64,000 bases of DNA from the NCBI RefSeq assembly GCF_009914755.1, contig NC_060927.1; one strand, given 5' to 3'. The notes beneath the pieces are model-generated. The model was not told the origin of the DNA. It saw only the letters and a list, made by a program, of their open reading frames with translations, and searched no databases. A program made the translations under genes and the position numbers. The DNA comes from the human T2T-CHM13v2.0 reference genome, Homo sapiens. Positions 41,501-61,799 of the stretch are shown one piece after another (positions within the stretch are counted from its first letter, which is position 1; every line of letters starts with the position of its first letter).

Positions 41501-43554
41501 ACACTTGCAACTTCAAAAAGACATGCAAACTCTTAAAATGTTTATGTGAACAAATATTATCTTCTTTACCTGTGGCAAATGATAACTGGGCTAGAGATTT
41601 TTATAAGTTCTTCCAGTTCTAACAATCTGTATTATGTGATATTTACTGTTATAAATCTATTAAAATTTGAAAATGACAGTGCTGTATATAACAAAATAAA
41701 AGCCTATGACTCTATCCATGCTACTTAGCAGGGCTTTTTGAACTGGTTTGTCCAGAGTTTAAAGAGTTATTTCGAAACTATTCAGGACCCTCTTGCTTGC
41801 TTGTGGTAATTCAGAATTATTCAGTACATAAGAGGAGTTTTAAGCACTTGTGTTCTTCGTGCTCTTAAAAATAAATGCACCCTAATTTGCTTCTTGTATT
41901 TTTTATAATTTTACATAGTAATAAAGACTTCAATAGTTTTAAGATTTGTAAAAGTCACTATTGTAATATAAGCTGACACCTGTGATTGGTTTATTTGGTT
42001 GTAGATCACTGAACAACTGAGAAAAGAAAAACAAAAGCACAGAGTTAGCAAAGTTTCTATTATCACCAATATAGGCCAAAAATTCCACGCATTTATTCAG
42101 TGGCAACAAGTAATGTAGGTTTTTTGTTGTTTGTTTGCTTTTTCTGAGATATCTACTCTGTGCCAGGCATGATTTGAGGCCTCAGCTATGTTGGTGAAAT
42201 AGGCAGGTAAAGACTGTAGGGAAGATGGAATTAAAGTTACTGTTGAAGCCCGAAAAAATTCTAGTTCTTTTTGATCCTTCCAAGAGCTCAGATGTTAAGA
42301 TGATTTGTTGTTCCCACAATCCATGCATCATTAAATAAACCCATAATCACTAAGTAAACTATATATTTTCTGTTCTTTACATTCTGAAAGCTTCTAAGGG
42401 ACACCCTTAGCCATGATACTGTATGGTCTTGAAAATTTGGCTAAAATCATTTCTATTTGTATACCTCTGGATGTTTTAAACACTACAGGGCTTTTAAAAA
42501 GTGACATTTTGAATAGATAAGAAAATAAACATTGGTATCAGCAAATATTAGATATTACTGTGAGTTCTTGCTGTTATGCTTGTTAAAAAGTATCATGATG
42601 GAAAGAAATCAGGATTTAGAATCAAACAAATCTGTGTTCAAGACCCTTAGCTGTTTTTGTTAGTTGAATTCAATGCTGGCTGAACTCTAAAGACTCAGTT
42701 TTTTCACCATGTAAACAATAATCATTATATAAAGCTAATAGAGCTGGAAAGATAAAGTATTATGGGTAAACTGCTTTCCTTAGTTTATCTACTTAAGTAG
42801 TGCTATTTCCTTTCTTTATTTACTTACCTTGATCCAAGTGAAAGCCTAGTTTTAGGATTTACTTTTACCAAAATTGTACTCTGAACCAAATGAGCTCAAA
42901 AGTTCAACTTTGAAAAGTCAAAATCATAGAAAATTTTTACATTGAAACTGCTCAATAATTGTTTTCAAAATGCACAGCAGGACTTCTCTTATTTACCATG
43001 GTGAATAAAATGACTTTAGTTTTTGACATTTGAAGTATATAATAATAAAAGTTATAGAAGTTAGAAAGCTTCCTTCAGGGAAATGGAATATTTTTACTTC
43101 CTATGAAAGTGATATTTTGGTCTCAATTTAAGTAACACAAAACTTAGTTTTCATTTCCTGGTTTTAAATGATAAGCTGTATATTCCTAGTTTACAGTAAA
43201 CCACATATTTTTAGAGAGTTAGAAACGTTGCTTCAAAGTGGTAGATATTAAGTGTCATAAATGTCCAGGCTGTAAGTATGGTTTCCTGTTGTGTAAGACA
43301 TAAGTTATTAGGTTTAGTTTGAAATGACACAAAATGTTCCCGACTTCTAACAATTAAAAGAAGAAATGTGAGGCTCCGAGACAATCTCGGCAAATTTGTA
43401 TTCTGATTAAAATAATTATTTGATCCTATACAGTTCAGTGCATGGAAAAATGTTGTCTAGTTACTCAATTCAATGTGGTTGTTAGAGAAGAAAATATGTC
43501 TCTTATGTGGGGTTTGAGCTTCATGTAGCTTTGTGATTGTATTTGTTTACTCAC

Positions 43555-43634
43555 GGTGGAAATCTCCTTATTAAATTGTGGGCAAGAGGCAACCCATGGT
43601 GGAAATCTCCGTATTAAATTGTGGGCAAGAGGCA
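43555..43634. repeat. 37-bp direct duplication, 43-bp period
   Basis: ggtggaaatctcc(t/g)tattaaattgtgggcaagaggca at 43555-43591 and 43598-43634; one mismatch. Confidence 0.92.
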
Positions 43635-45499
43635 CTTCTATTGGTTTTTCTAACAGTAACTACTTACTTCAGGAAGGATTAGGTTAAAATACTAAATGTA
43701 GATCTCTAGAGTTGATCTTGTAACAGAACTAGAACACATTGACTTGATATTTAGACATGTGCAGAAGGCAAACCATTTCATAAAGGGCTGGATATAATTT
43801 CTTCTTTCAGTTCTAAGTCAAAATTTAATAATTTTTTTCTATTTTTAATAAATATATGGGCATATGCATCTAATAGTGAGGTTTGGTAAAGACTCTTCTT
43901 CACTTTAGTTTTGCATGTGTGGGCAACTGACCTTTATGTTGTTACAAAATACTACTTAAAAATAAAAAGCTCAATTCTGTACAGAAATGAGCCATTGTTC
44001 GTTGTTAGGCTCTCATTAGCTGTTATAGTATCAACACTATTGTCAACATGATGTGGATCTTGAATTGTTTTCCCGTCTCCACTGCTAACTGTGTGTTCCT
44101 CTTGTTCTTCGGGCCAGTTGAACCATACATCTTGTGTCCTAAAACCATATGGAGCATGTTTTTGTATGAACTCTCATGATTAAGGACATCTGTCTCAGCC
44201 TCTACGTTTGCCTTCAGGGGATCTTTGCATCATTTAATGGTACAGTTAACAGCATGTTTTGCATCATGAAGTTGGCCGTACAGTTTTTCTGCGGATTCTA
44301 CTGTTTTCATTCCTTAAAAAAACACATGGACGAGTCTATATTTTGTCTTTCTGTCTCCCATTCTAACTTTCTTGCTTTTCTTCCTCCCTCATTCTCTTTC
44401 TTTTTTTTTTCTATTAATATTTACTGGCCATCACCTTGTGTTTAGCAGGTCTTATAATATTCCAAAATTGCACATTTTCAAAACTGTAAAGATTGACCAC
44501 AATTTCTAAATGTAATTCACTTTTCCTTTCAATTGCTTGTTTTGAGTGTAATTTGGATACCCTAAAGTTCATGTGTTACTTTTCTATTTATTTTGAGTAA
44601 TATGATTCAGATTCAACTCCTTTAGATATTACTGAAAATATTCTTAAGTGAATTGATACAAAATATCCACATTCCTCATAAGTTATCAAACCAAAATGTT
44701 GCTAACTCTATACTGAAATTCTACTAATTCTTCTGACTGTACAGATTGATTCGTCAGTATATATTAGCAAGTATTTAATTAAAATCTATTTTAATAACTT
44801 TAAATGGATATAGTAGCACTCTAAATAGGAAATGCAGTCATTGAAACTCTCAAACACTAGGGAATAGATATAAAATATGTGCATTTAATCAATTATATGT
44901 TGTTGATTTTTACTTTATAATCTATGACTTCCTTTGTTGATGTCAATATTGACTTTCTTTAAAAATCTCTAAATTATGAAAAAGTCTAAGTTATTGTAAT
45001 CTACATTATAGACTTTTTCTAGTATGTTTTACTCATAGGTAAATTGTTACTAGTCCCATTAATTGCAAAATGCAGTGGTCATGTGTTTCCAAATAATTTC
45101 AAATTGTAGAAATAAATACAGACAGTCTCCATGAAAGCATATTGATTCAAGAATTCTATTTATTGATATTTATTTACTCTTCCTAACATTTATATTTACT
45201 CTTCATAGTGCATAATGTTTGTTCAGCAGAAATATCATCAAAAAACTATTGATGTGCCAGTTACCATGATGCACCGAAGATACAGAAACGAACAAGATGT
45301 CCCCACTCTGGTGAAGGAGTCTATTTGTTGTTGGTATTGACAGTGTGAGAGGCAGATGTAGAAACAAGATTGACAGACTTTGTATTTAAAGGTGTAAGTT
45401 TCATAAATGGATACATAGAAAAATGAACACGTTTAAATTAATGATGTAAACATGTTAATATTCCCAAATACAAATATAAGTCTGTACAGTGACTTGCTT

Positions 45500-45760
45500 T
45501 TTTAAAAAGCATTGAAGTGGAATTTGCATACCATGAAATTCACCCATTTTAAGTGTATAATATGTTGATTTTTGACAAATTTTAAAATCTTGCTAGCATC
45601 AACACAGTCTAGTTTTAAAACCCGTTCCTCACTCCAGAATGTTCCCTTGTGCCCTTTTGCAGTCCCTCACTCCACATTCCAGCCCCAAACAATCACTGAT
45701 CTGCTTTTTATCTCTGTAGATTTTCCTTTTCTAGATATTTCATGAAAATGCAATAATAAA
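45500..45760 (-). mobile_element. L1M 3'-end fragment
   Basis: aaattcacccattttaagtgta, aatcactgatctgcttt. Confidence 0.65.
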
Positions 45761-46286
45761 TAATGTATAAATCATTAAAGATTTATAGCAAATGTAGTTT
45801 TGTTACCCTTTTTTCATGTTTCTCAAATTGTTTGTACAAGGAAAATTATTTCAGTTGGTATTTTGAAATGTGGGAGAGGCCTTTGACTAAGAACTTTAGG
45901 AGTAACACCCCTAACTCTCATTATCTTCATTTTACAGATATGAAGACTGTGCTTTATAAAAGATCAGACATTTGGCTAATGACACTGCTACTAAGTGACA
46001 ACAGAGATTTAAAACTAGTTCTGTCTAATTCTAAATCCACTGATACAGTTTCTCAGAAAGTTGAAAAACTTTTAACATTATAAACTCATTGATAGTGATG
46101 GATATTTGTTCTTTTGTTGTTTAGTGATTACCTCAAGATCTACAACAATGATCAGCAATACAATGGGAGTTTTAGTTGTAATCAGCTGTTTCATATTTTA
46201 ATAATTATTAAACACTCATGTACCAAATACAATGCTAGCTGCCTGAAATTACAAAAGGAATAAGGTTTGATATAAAGTACCACATA

Positions 46287-46575
46287 GGCCAGGCGCAGTG
46301 GCTCACATGTGTAACACCAACACTTTGGGAGGCCGAGGTGTGTGGACCACCTGAGGTCAGGAGTTCGAGACCTGCCTGGCTAACATGGCGAAACCTTGTC
46401 TCTACTAAAAATGCACTTAGCTGGGTGTGGTGGCAGACACCTATAATTCCAGCTACTTGGGAGGCTGAAGCAGGAGAATTGCTCGAACCCTGGAGGCGGA
46501 GGTTACAGTGAGCCGAGATTGTGCCATTGCACTCCAGCCTGGGAGAAAGAGCAAGACTCTGTCTCAGAACAAAAG
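46287..46575 (+). mobile_element. AluS
   Basis: ggccaggcgcagtggctcac...cacctgaggtcaggagttcgagacc...gactctgtctc. Confidence 0.92.
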
Positions 46576-48939
46576 GTACCATGTAGTTTTCACTTGTTCT
46601 AAAAATCTCCTCTCATTGTGTAACTCAAGTATAAAAATCCATATTACATCTGAAAAAGGAGTTATTCTTCTGAACTCTCTCTACCCTCCTTAAAGCCAAG
46701 TATATGCCACTTTGCTATGTCAGTTGATTTGACTTATATTTGGTACACAGATTGCATTTTTTTTTTGTAGGACAGAAGAACTCCCTGTCAAGCTAGTTTA
46801 ACTGTATTACATCTACCAATATTCAATTATTTAATTTTTTCAAAAGTGAATGCAATCATAATACATCCAAATACAACCTGAAACTGTTGGGAAGTAATGC
46901 TTAGGACAAAATTTCAATCTGGTTTACTGGAAAATTTTAGCAATAAGTAAAAATCTTAATGTGTTTCCATATGCATGGTTTCACACACTTTTTATCAAGT
47001 ACTAGAAAAACACTGAATGCTAATGCCATTGAATTTTGCTGAATTAGTGTACTATATAACTCCTTTCATATTAAAGATTTTACCCACTTAACCTCACCAG
47101 AAGTAGTGTTTTCACAGTGCATGATTATGACAAAGATAGAATGATAGGGAGAGGGGAAAGTGCCATCAGGTTCAGGGTCAACAGAAAATAAAACTCGTTC
47201 TCTTTTTGTAATCAGTTATAATTCCCATTTCAATCAAAAAAATTATTGTAAAGTATTTTCTTGAAATTTGCTTAAATTTTTCATTTTTAACAAGAAACGT
47301 TATTTATAAAACACATTACTTGTGTGCATATAGGTGTTGGGTCTGAGAAAGTATACATTATTAATTTGATGTGTTATTAAAAGATTGCTGTCAAAAATCT
47401 GTTTAGTTAATTGATGCTGTCAATTGCTCGCATTAATACCTAATACTCATAATATTTGTACCTAAATTTTTCTTATAAAATTGTTTCTCATTGGTTTTTA
47501 TTCTTTTTATTTCTCCTATTTTTTAAAATTGAAGTTTGTAGTCAGGTCATGTGACCACATCAAGTCCATCATTCAAACACGTATCAGGAAATTGGAAATT
47601 TAAAAATGACTTATGCATGGATATGATGCCAGAGGCAGAGACAAGGGGGTGGGGGCTGTTTCTAAATACCTTCCAATAACAATAAAAAAACGGAAGTTAT
47701 TTGTGATCTTAGAAGATGGCTAAGGAAAAACTGAAACCTGAAACTGAGGAAACAAAAGTTTAGACAAGATAATCCCAACATCAGAGAAAGCATTTGTCAT
47801 TGTCAGAACTCCAAAGAGCAAGAAAGCTTTAATCCATTTCATGGACCCTAGGACTCATGGTCTAGTAATTCTTATGTCACCAAACCATCTTAGGATCTGT
47901 ATGAAATTACAGTGTGTCACCACTCTACATCTGCAATCTTAATGTTTCCGTCCTTTGATTGTATGACAAGGAAACTCTTGAACCAGAGCACTGCACTTCA
48001 CAGGAGTCTGAAAGAACCAGCTGCTCATAATTTTGGAGTTTTATAGGGCTTTTTAGTCTCAGAATCCCTGTCTGACCTATGTCCATATCCAGAATTCATT
48101 TTTTTTCATTTCCAGAATTCTTCAGAAAAAACTCTTGCTGTCTTTTAACGTCTTAAAACATTTTTCAAAAAATATATAGAGAGAATTAGAAAGCCACTCA
48201 TAGACTTACCCTCTTTCTCCGTTGCTTCTTCAGTTGTGTAATAGTCATGAAATCTGGAATGACCATTTTAAATTATATTCACTGAGTTTGAAACAAAACG
48301 TTTTTAGATGGTTTTGTTCCCTTAAAAATGAATATTATTGTCTAGCATTAACATTCACCCAAATTGATAGCATATTGAATTATGTGTGTAGATTCTTAAA
48401 CGTTTTGTTGTGAAACATCAAAAGAAATCACTGACTTTTTATTTAACATAAATAAATTAAGGGAAGTTTAGAAATCTAATTGTTGGAAAAATAAACTTCT
48501 AAACATAACTCTTCAAAAGTCTACGTGCTCACATTTTCTATTCCCGAACAAAAACTTTTGCAAAGCTCTCTGAAAGCCTTGTAAAAGGCCAATGAATTTC
48601 ATTTAGCATTAATTTCCCTACTCACCACATAGCAAATATATGACACAACTTATAGTTCTGTTAAAAAAAAGCCAGAACTGTTACCTGAGCAACTGCTTAT
48701 AAAAGAGCGAGGCAGCTTACGTTTTATCTATTTTTTGTGTGCTTTCTACTAAGTTTTACAATCTAAGTGTGTTAGAAATAAAATCAAATTCATTAGGAAT
48801 CTCTATGCATAAAAGGAAATTAAATATCATACTCAATGACTTGTGCCACCTGTGGCAAATAGTTTTACATGCCAATTTGTGTTTTCAGGGTTTTTTTGTT
48901 TGGTTTCTTTGGTTTGTTTATTTGTGTGGCTTTTTCTTT

Positions 48940-49092
48940 TTTTTTTCTTAAGAAAGTGTCTCTTTGTCATTCAGGCTGTAGTGCAGTGGCACAAACATAG
49001 CTCACTATAACCTCAGACATTTGGCCTTAAGCAATCCTCCTGCGTTGGCCTCCAAAGTGCTAAAATTATAGGCATGAGCCCCCAAGCCTGGA
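48940..49092 (-). mobile_element. Alu monomer (FLAM-like)
   Basis: Single about 130-bp arm with a T-rich tail. Confidence 0.7.
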
Positions 49093-49752
49093 CTTTTCCT
49101 TTTTTAATTGCTGACCAATAATAGTTACCATACAAATTTCAGTTATGGTCCATGGTTGATTCATTTTTAAGATCACAATAAATGTATATTCTTAAAAATT
49201 ATTTCTACAAATTATGAATATTTAAATGAAAATACAAAGGGTTCCTTTCATTAAGTTTGGGAGATGTTATATGCTCTATATCACCTGTTGATGAATCTCT
49301 ATGTTTGTTCTTAACTTTTCCAGAAAGTTCAGTACTAAAGCATCTGTTTAATGGTGTTCATTCTACATCATTCAAATTTATTTAACCAGAGAATGCTTTT
49401 CACTAGGTATCTGTTTTGCAGAACACACACTGGGAAATGTTGTCGGGTACTGTACTGAATCACACTACAACATTTTGTACTGACATGATGGTCAAAGGTT
49501 GAAATGTTTTTCTTATTTGTTTTCTTATACATTTAGAAAGTTAATGCAAAATATATAAGGTACCTTGTCCATCAAGAGACTTGTCATCTATCATAGCGTG
49601 TATGTGTTGCTCTCTCTTTTCCTAAGATGCTGCATATCCCTCTTCTGTTGATTCAGTAGAAAATTTTATGATTATTTTTCCCTTATATCCAAATGCAAAG
49701 GAGTTTAATCTTAAAGACATCTTCTTAAAAGCTTCTTAAAAGAAGCTTAATC

Positions 49753-52137
<2,385 letters not shown>

Positions 52138-54794
52138 AAAAGAAGCTTAATCAATGAGGATAGAATTAAAAGTTCATTTTCCCAATGATTCAGCTGGTAT
52201 GGAACTCAGTTTTTATTTCATTATACTTAAATCAATTTAGTATTATATGTGTCCCTTTTATGTTTCTTATATAATGCAAAGTAAACTTCACTGAGAAGAA
52301 TATGAATTATTGCAAACTTGGTTGCTATTTTGAAACTTTATAGGTTCATACCAACACAATGTGAGGACACTTTGCAAACACATTAAAACAAATATTAGGT
52401 TTTCATACGAGGAAAATGTGCAATTACCAAAGGTAAACTTGAAAATACTATCTTTCAATAAATGGGTCCTCACTTTTATTTGGAATGAGTCATTTTATCC
52501 TGAAATAGTGCCCAAAGGCTAGGAGCAGACTGACCCCAAGCAGGACTGCTTGCAAAAACATTGGTTTGGAAATCACTGGGCAGTACTGCCCTAGCACTGT
52601 GCCTGGGATAAAGTTTCTTTCATCATTTAAAGTTTCCCATTCACTCTTATCAAGTATGAAATGTAATACCCCTTGTAGTTCAAAGAAATTTTGTTTTGCT
52701 TCCCTTTCTCTCAGCGTTGCTCCAGTATTGACCCAAAGCCTCCTTGATAAGTCAGTTAGCCTGATATCACTAAACACGTGGACAGTAAATGTTCTGACAG
52801 CCGAGGAAGCCTCGGGGAAAGGAAAAGAAGTAGGAAGCAAACAGCCCCCTGCTGTTTGGGCCAGAATTTACCTCAATTTCACTTCCAGAATGGCAGAGAG
52901 AGAGGATTAGTAATGTTCCTTCTGGAGCCATCAGCAGGTAATAGTGCTTTCCTGCTCATCAATTAGGCCCACGGCTGTCACTGCCACCTGGGTCTCCTTG
53001 GGGGACTTGGCTGCATCCCAGTGTGTGAGACACAGAGGGAACAGAGTCAGAAAGTTACTGACCACTGCTTAAGCAGAGCCACTCAGTGCTGGGTCATTGG
53101 TTGGCAACATATACCAGTACGTTTAGAATCATGATTTTTGACAGAAAATGGAACTCCAAAATATAAGACATAAAATTGAAAGTGATGCCATACAGCAGAA
53201 TAGATTTGAGGGAGAAAGCATCTCCATATGTACATTTCTTTTTCCCTAAAGACCCTGTTTATTCTGACCTTAGCCTGACCTCTTCTTAAAATCCTGTTGC
53301 CGCAAACTGGAGCAATGAGGTCACCTCAATTCTACCTTGACTGCTTCCTGCTAATAGTTTAGAATCCTAAATAGTTCTGCATGCTTCTCTAGGTTGTTTC
53401 AGCCAAACCAGCCAGTCACCCTGAGGTATGCAATACAGATGCCATATTAAGACTCATTATGTCTAAAAAAGTGACATGTCGTACTTACAAAGTCAAACTG
53501 AAATATGTCTACCTGTGTGACAATGTTTGGCAAAATTACTATTGAAATCTTCAGAGAGATTTTGGTGATTATACAGTCTCTCATCGGAAACATAGTGATA
53601 GAAGTAAAACTGTTTGAATGAAGGTAAGATGGGGCGATGCTAATTTGTATCTACGTCGTCAGAGCTGTTTACGTCAATGTTTTCAAACAAGGCGTTTTAT
53701 TGAGAATAACACATAGCATAAAGTCAAGATCAGAGTTTGTTTTTCAATGAAGCTAATTCTATCTCATTTTTAATGTATATCTTTAGCCAATGGGGTACAA
53801 CTGGCCAGTGACCTCTTGGAGAAATAGTGAGCACAGTTCTTCATTTGTCTAATATAAGAGATTGTGTATTACATAGGACTAAGGAAAATTTATCATTGTG
53901 ACAGGAAAAGATAAATCATCTAATAACTGAATGATACCATATGTAGAAACTTTCAAAAATATTTAGTACTTTCTACCCTTTAGAGTGGCTCACTTTTGTC
54001 TGCATCCACTCTCCTTGGTATCTTGTAGTTGAAATCAACAATATAAATTCAGTGACTTCTGCTAGCCTGGAAACAAAGCCCTGATTGATGGTTCTAGCAG
54101 GGAATAGGTAGGCACAGATAGGAGCTGAGCCTTTATTTTCAAGTAGCATCAAGCCGGACACAAATCAATCAAATCAGAACTTGCCGCTACCCAGACATGA
54201 AGCTGTTCATGGATAATAGGATGCTTCCACTTATCATTTTTATCTTACATCAGGAGATGTTAAGTAATTCCAGTCATCCTTGAATAAAACTGCAGGATGA
54301 AATATTCATCACTGTGTTTCAAAACAAAATTAACCTTTCAAAAATCTTTAAACTCTTTCAAATATAAATTTTCCATAACACACATAGTAAGGGAAAGAGG
54401 ATTTTCCAGGCATAAAAGTGGGAAACAATGATACAAGTTACACATCCTTACACATCATATAGGATAAAACTCACTCATTCTTATCAAAAATAAATATTTC
54501 TTAGGTCTGCAACAACTTCAGGTCCAAGAAGCACTTGACAAAACTATTCAGACTTTGTCTTTGGGGAGCTTTAGGTGTCAGACTTGAGCTCTGAAACTCA
54601 AGTCACATCCGGAATATCTAGGGAATTACATCAGTCATGAGAAGCAAGTTCATAGTAGCAGAGTTTTGTTTTGCCAGAATATAAGAGTGAATACCAACAG
54701 CAATACCTAATATTGCCATGTGTGTACTAGGTTGTAATTACATTGAAGTGGAATGCTTCAAGTTTAGAAATCAGCCTTCATAACCTCACAAGGT

Positions 54795-54826
<32 letters not shown>
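54795..54826. repeat. poly(T) tract
   Basis: About 31 T. Confidence 0.9.
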
Positions 54827-56239
54827 CACTTACAAGGGGCACTGATATTTTTTAGAGCTGGTAGTCACACATCAACAAAATTCATTTTCTCTTATGAGAA
54901 ACTAAGATTATATCAGAGTGTGTTTATATGTGTGTGCTTCTTCCTTCTACCCTGCAGCTCTTGCTAGTATAAAGCTGCCTCTGATGTGGAAATGTGGATG
55001 CCTACCAAAAATAGTGCCACATGCTGCCATTTATGGATGTATCCCAGGGGATGTGAAAGAGGGTTCTCAAGCCCTACTAGTCTTATTTTAGTAAATTCTT
55101 TCATCTGTTGTATTTTTCAGTTCAAATCGGAAGAGTTTGTTGCTTGTCTAATACTAGATGATGCATTACATTGAAAATGAGAAATCCACATAGCAACAAG
55201 AATACAGTGAAAGCGCAGGCTTCTACTTAAAAGCTGAGTAATACCACATGTAGGATGCTAAATGTTTATAAAACTTTGTGGGTGGGTTCATGGAATCAAG
55301 GCCTTTCCTTCGATTTGGAGACCTGTTTACAGCTGTACTCAGTAGAAAGGAAAATATCACTGGGCTTGCCACTTCCAAAATACCACTAGGGAAAGAATGA
55401 CTAACTTGGCTGGACATTTAGTTTTCAACTTAAAAATAGTATTAATATAGAGTTTATTTTTTTCTATTTCTTGATTGGAAAGTTGGTTTAATTATTGTGT
55501 TGCCATTTGGCACTTAACTTTAGCTTTGCATCCTTTGGAAATAAGCACACATTTTATTATATTTTAACATACTAAGGGATTTATGTTGGGTTTAAAAATA
55601 TGATGGAAGAATTTTATCATGTCAAAGCACAAAACAACCATACCAATAATGCATTATAGGTGATGATCAATGCATTTAGGTTCAGTCCTCCTTAGACCAT
55701 AAGCATACACCTTCCTGTTTGGGAAAGGTGGAAGTTGTCCATCTGGTTCAGCCTCTACTAACCTTGTAAAGGAAGAGGCTCACAAAAATTCCTTCAAGAA
55801 GCTGCGTGCCAGGGTTCCCTAAGACCACCCATAGGCTGGTTCAGCATGAATTTGCCAACTCATTTTGTTTTTATATGTGAAATATTGTAAATAAATGGTA
55901 GAAATGTCCATAAATTCAAAGTATACAATGTTTACTTAATCTGCATACTTGTCTTATCACAGACTTACGAGAATGTTTTTAAGGACCTCCACGGAGGAAG
56001 ATTCCACAGTTTTAATAAGCGATTTATTTTACAATTCAACTAACATGAAGTATATACTATCTGACATATAATCTTTAATATGTAAATTAGTTCCATCTCC
56101 TTTTGATAAAATCTGAGTGAAAATAGGAAATTACTTATTCATAATCTTATAAATATTGATAGATTTAAAAATCATTCTTAGGGTTCCATTTAGCTTTCAG
56201 CCAGAACGTATATATGTATGTTTATTTTATATATATATT

Positions 56240-56600
56240 TCAGGTGGGGATTTTGCCAGTTGCTGAATATGCCTATTCAATTGCATCTTCCAGAACTGGG
56301 GAAATTAGAGGACCAACTGGGCCAACTGTGAGATAAATTTGAGCCAAAACACCATTGATCACTTGATCCCCATCACCCCCTACTGTGACTGGTAGACTAC
56401 AGTGACACTTTGGCTCTCCAAGTATTAGTGTCACTAATGCTCTAAATGTTTCTTTTCCTTTCTCCAATGCATAGTCATCTTGGTAAATGGTGACAGGTCC
56501 ATTTGAACAAGGTTGGAAGAAGAATTAACAGTAAACTTTTGACAGTGTAGCAAGGCTCTTCCTCAACAGGATCCAGGCCCCTTCATTCAAGGGGTTCTGA
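56240..56600 (-). mobile_element. ERVL internal fragment (gag-protease region)
   Basis: Minus-strand peptide VTLILGEPKCHC...DQVINGVLAQIYLTVGPVGP resembles the ERV-L protease region. Confidence 0.75.
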
Positions 56601-56832
56601 GTGTACACTGCTATTTACTATAGTAACCTTCCAGTTACCTTAGAATAATATATATTTATTCAATTTATTAACTGTTGTGCAGTATTGAATAGTCATTCAC
56701 CTAGGAACAAATGTTTTAATTTGTTCCAAGTTTCTAATGCTCTTGCAATGCAACAAATTAGTGCACACTCTCTCTTGAACATGTGTCCTCCTCTTGGTTA
56801 GATTCAAAGAAGTCATATGTTGGAACCAAGGA

Positions 56833-56838
56833 GATATA

Positions 56839-56871
<33 letters not shown>

Positions 56872-56938
56872 GTGTATATATATATATGTATGTGTATATA
56901 TATATATGTGTATATATATATGTGTATATATATATATC
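56833..56938. repeat. (TA)n/(TATG)n microsatellite
   Basis: Directly visible. Confidence 0.92.
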
Positions 56939-57349
56939 CTTTTTGAAAATTTCTTATTTTCACTCAGATTTTATCAAAAGAGATGGAACTAATTCACATA
57001 TTAAAGATTATACGTCAGATAGTATATACTTCATGTTGGTTGAATTGTAAAATAAATATATATATATGGATATGTATGATTTCCTATGTTAGAACACACA
57101 CACTATGTTGCATCCAAATTTAATCACCAACAGTGCTGTGAAAAAGCAAATTTCCTTACCATTGACATCATGGAAAGACAAACGGTAATGGGAAACATAG
57201 AGGAGTGGCATTCTCGGCAGTGCGATATCTCCGTTCATGAAAAGAGCTAGTCCTTCTAAGACCACAGACACATGGCTTCCTGTTTGTGAGGAAAGGGAGT
57301 TGTACATTTGTTTAATCACACCTCCATCCTTGGAAGAGAACTCAAGAAA

Positions 57350-61100
<3,751 letters not shown>

Positions 61101-61127
61101 TCTGTGTCTTTTTTCTCTGTTCTTCTA

Positions 61128-61130
<3 letters not shown>

Positions 61131-61161
<31 letters not shown>

Positions 61162-61222
61162 TGTGTGCGTGCGTGAGAGAGAGAGACAGAGACAGAGAGA
61201 GAGAGACAGAGAGAGAGAGAGA
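61131..61222. repeat. Compound (TG)n(AG)n microsatellite
   Basis: Directly visible. Confidence 0.93.
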
Positions 61223-61597
61223 AAGGATATATTTTATTTTTATATCTGGGTAACATAGTTAATTTCCTTACTGTATTTTTTTACTGTCTTTTTGAATTAT
61301 TTTCTTATTGTTGTCTTAGTGATTTCGGTTTCTAACAATCTAATTCAGATTAAAATGCTACTTAAGTTTGTTTCCAAAATAGTTGTTTACATGTAGTTCT
61401 AGTTATTCCCCCCTTTTCTGCTATTATCTCATACAACTTTTTATCTATATACAGCCTATTCCCATCAACAGAGATGTGTAAGTATTGCTTTATGCCGTTG
61501 TTTTTGAAATTAGATAAAAGAAAAAAGTAGTTGCAAGCAAAATAATACATTTGTAGGTCCTTTCTACTTAGATACATGTTTACCTGTAACAGTATTC

Positions 61598-61792
61598 TTT
61601 TTTTTTTTTTAATTTAACTTCTATTTTAAGTTCATGGGTACGTATATGTGTAGGTTTGTTATATAGGTAAACTTCTATCATAGGGGTTTTTGTACAGATT
61701 ATTTCATCACCCAGTTATTAAGCCTAGTACCCATGAGTTATTTTTCCTGATCTTCTTTCTCCTCTCACCCTCTACCCTCTGATAGGCCCCAT
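61598..61792 (-). mobile_element. Short L1PA (old primate) 3'-end insertion
   Basis: poly(T), gtttgttatataggtaaac, acagattatttcatcaccca, agcctagtaccca. Confidence 0.75.
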
Positions 61793-61799
61793 TATGCAG

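Larger units (their letters stand above)
56022..57057. repeat. 110-bp inverted repeat pair (arms 56022-56132 and 56948-57057)
   Basis: Arms are reverse complements with 4 substitutions and 1 indel; spacer 815 bp. Confidence 0.92.

Noticed and set aside
43555-43634. 37-bp repeat as a CRISPR-like array
   Set aside because: Only two copies with a 6-bp gap, in human DNA, with no cas genes
56022-57057. Inverted arms as TIRs of a novel MITE/DNA transposon
   Set aside because: No target-site duplication outside the arms, and the spacer is old ERVL/L1 debris that seems to continue past the right arm
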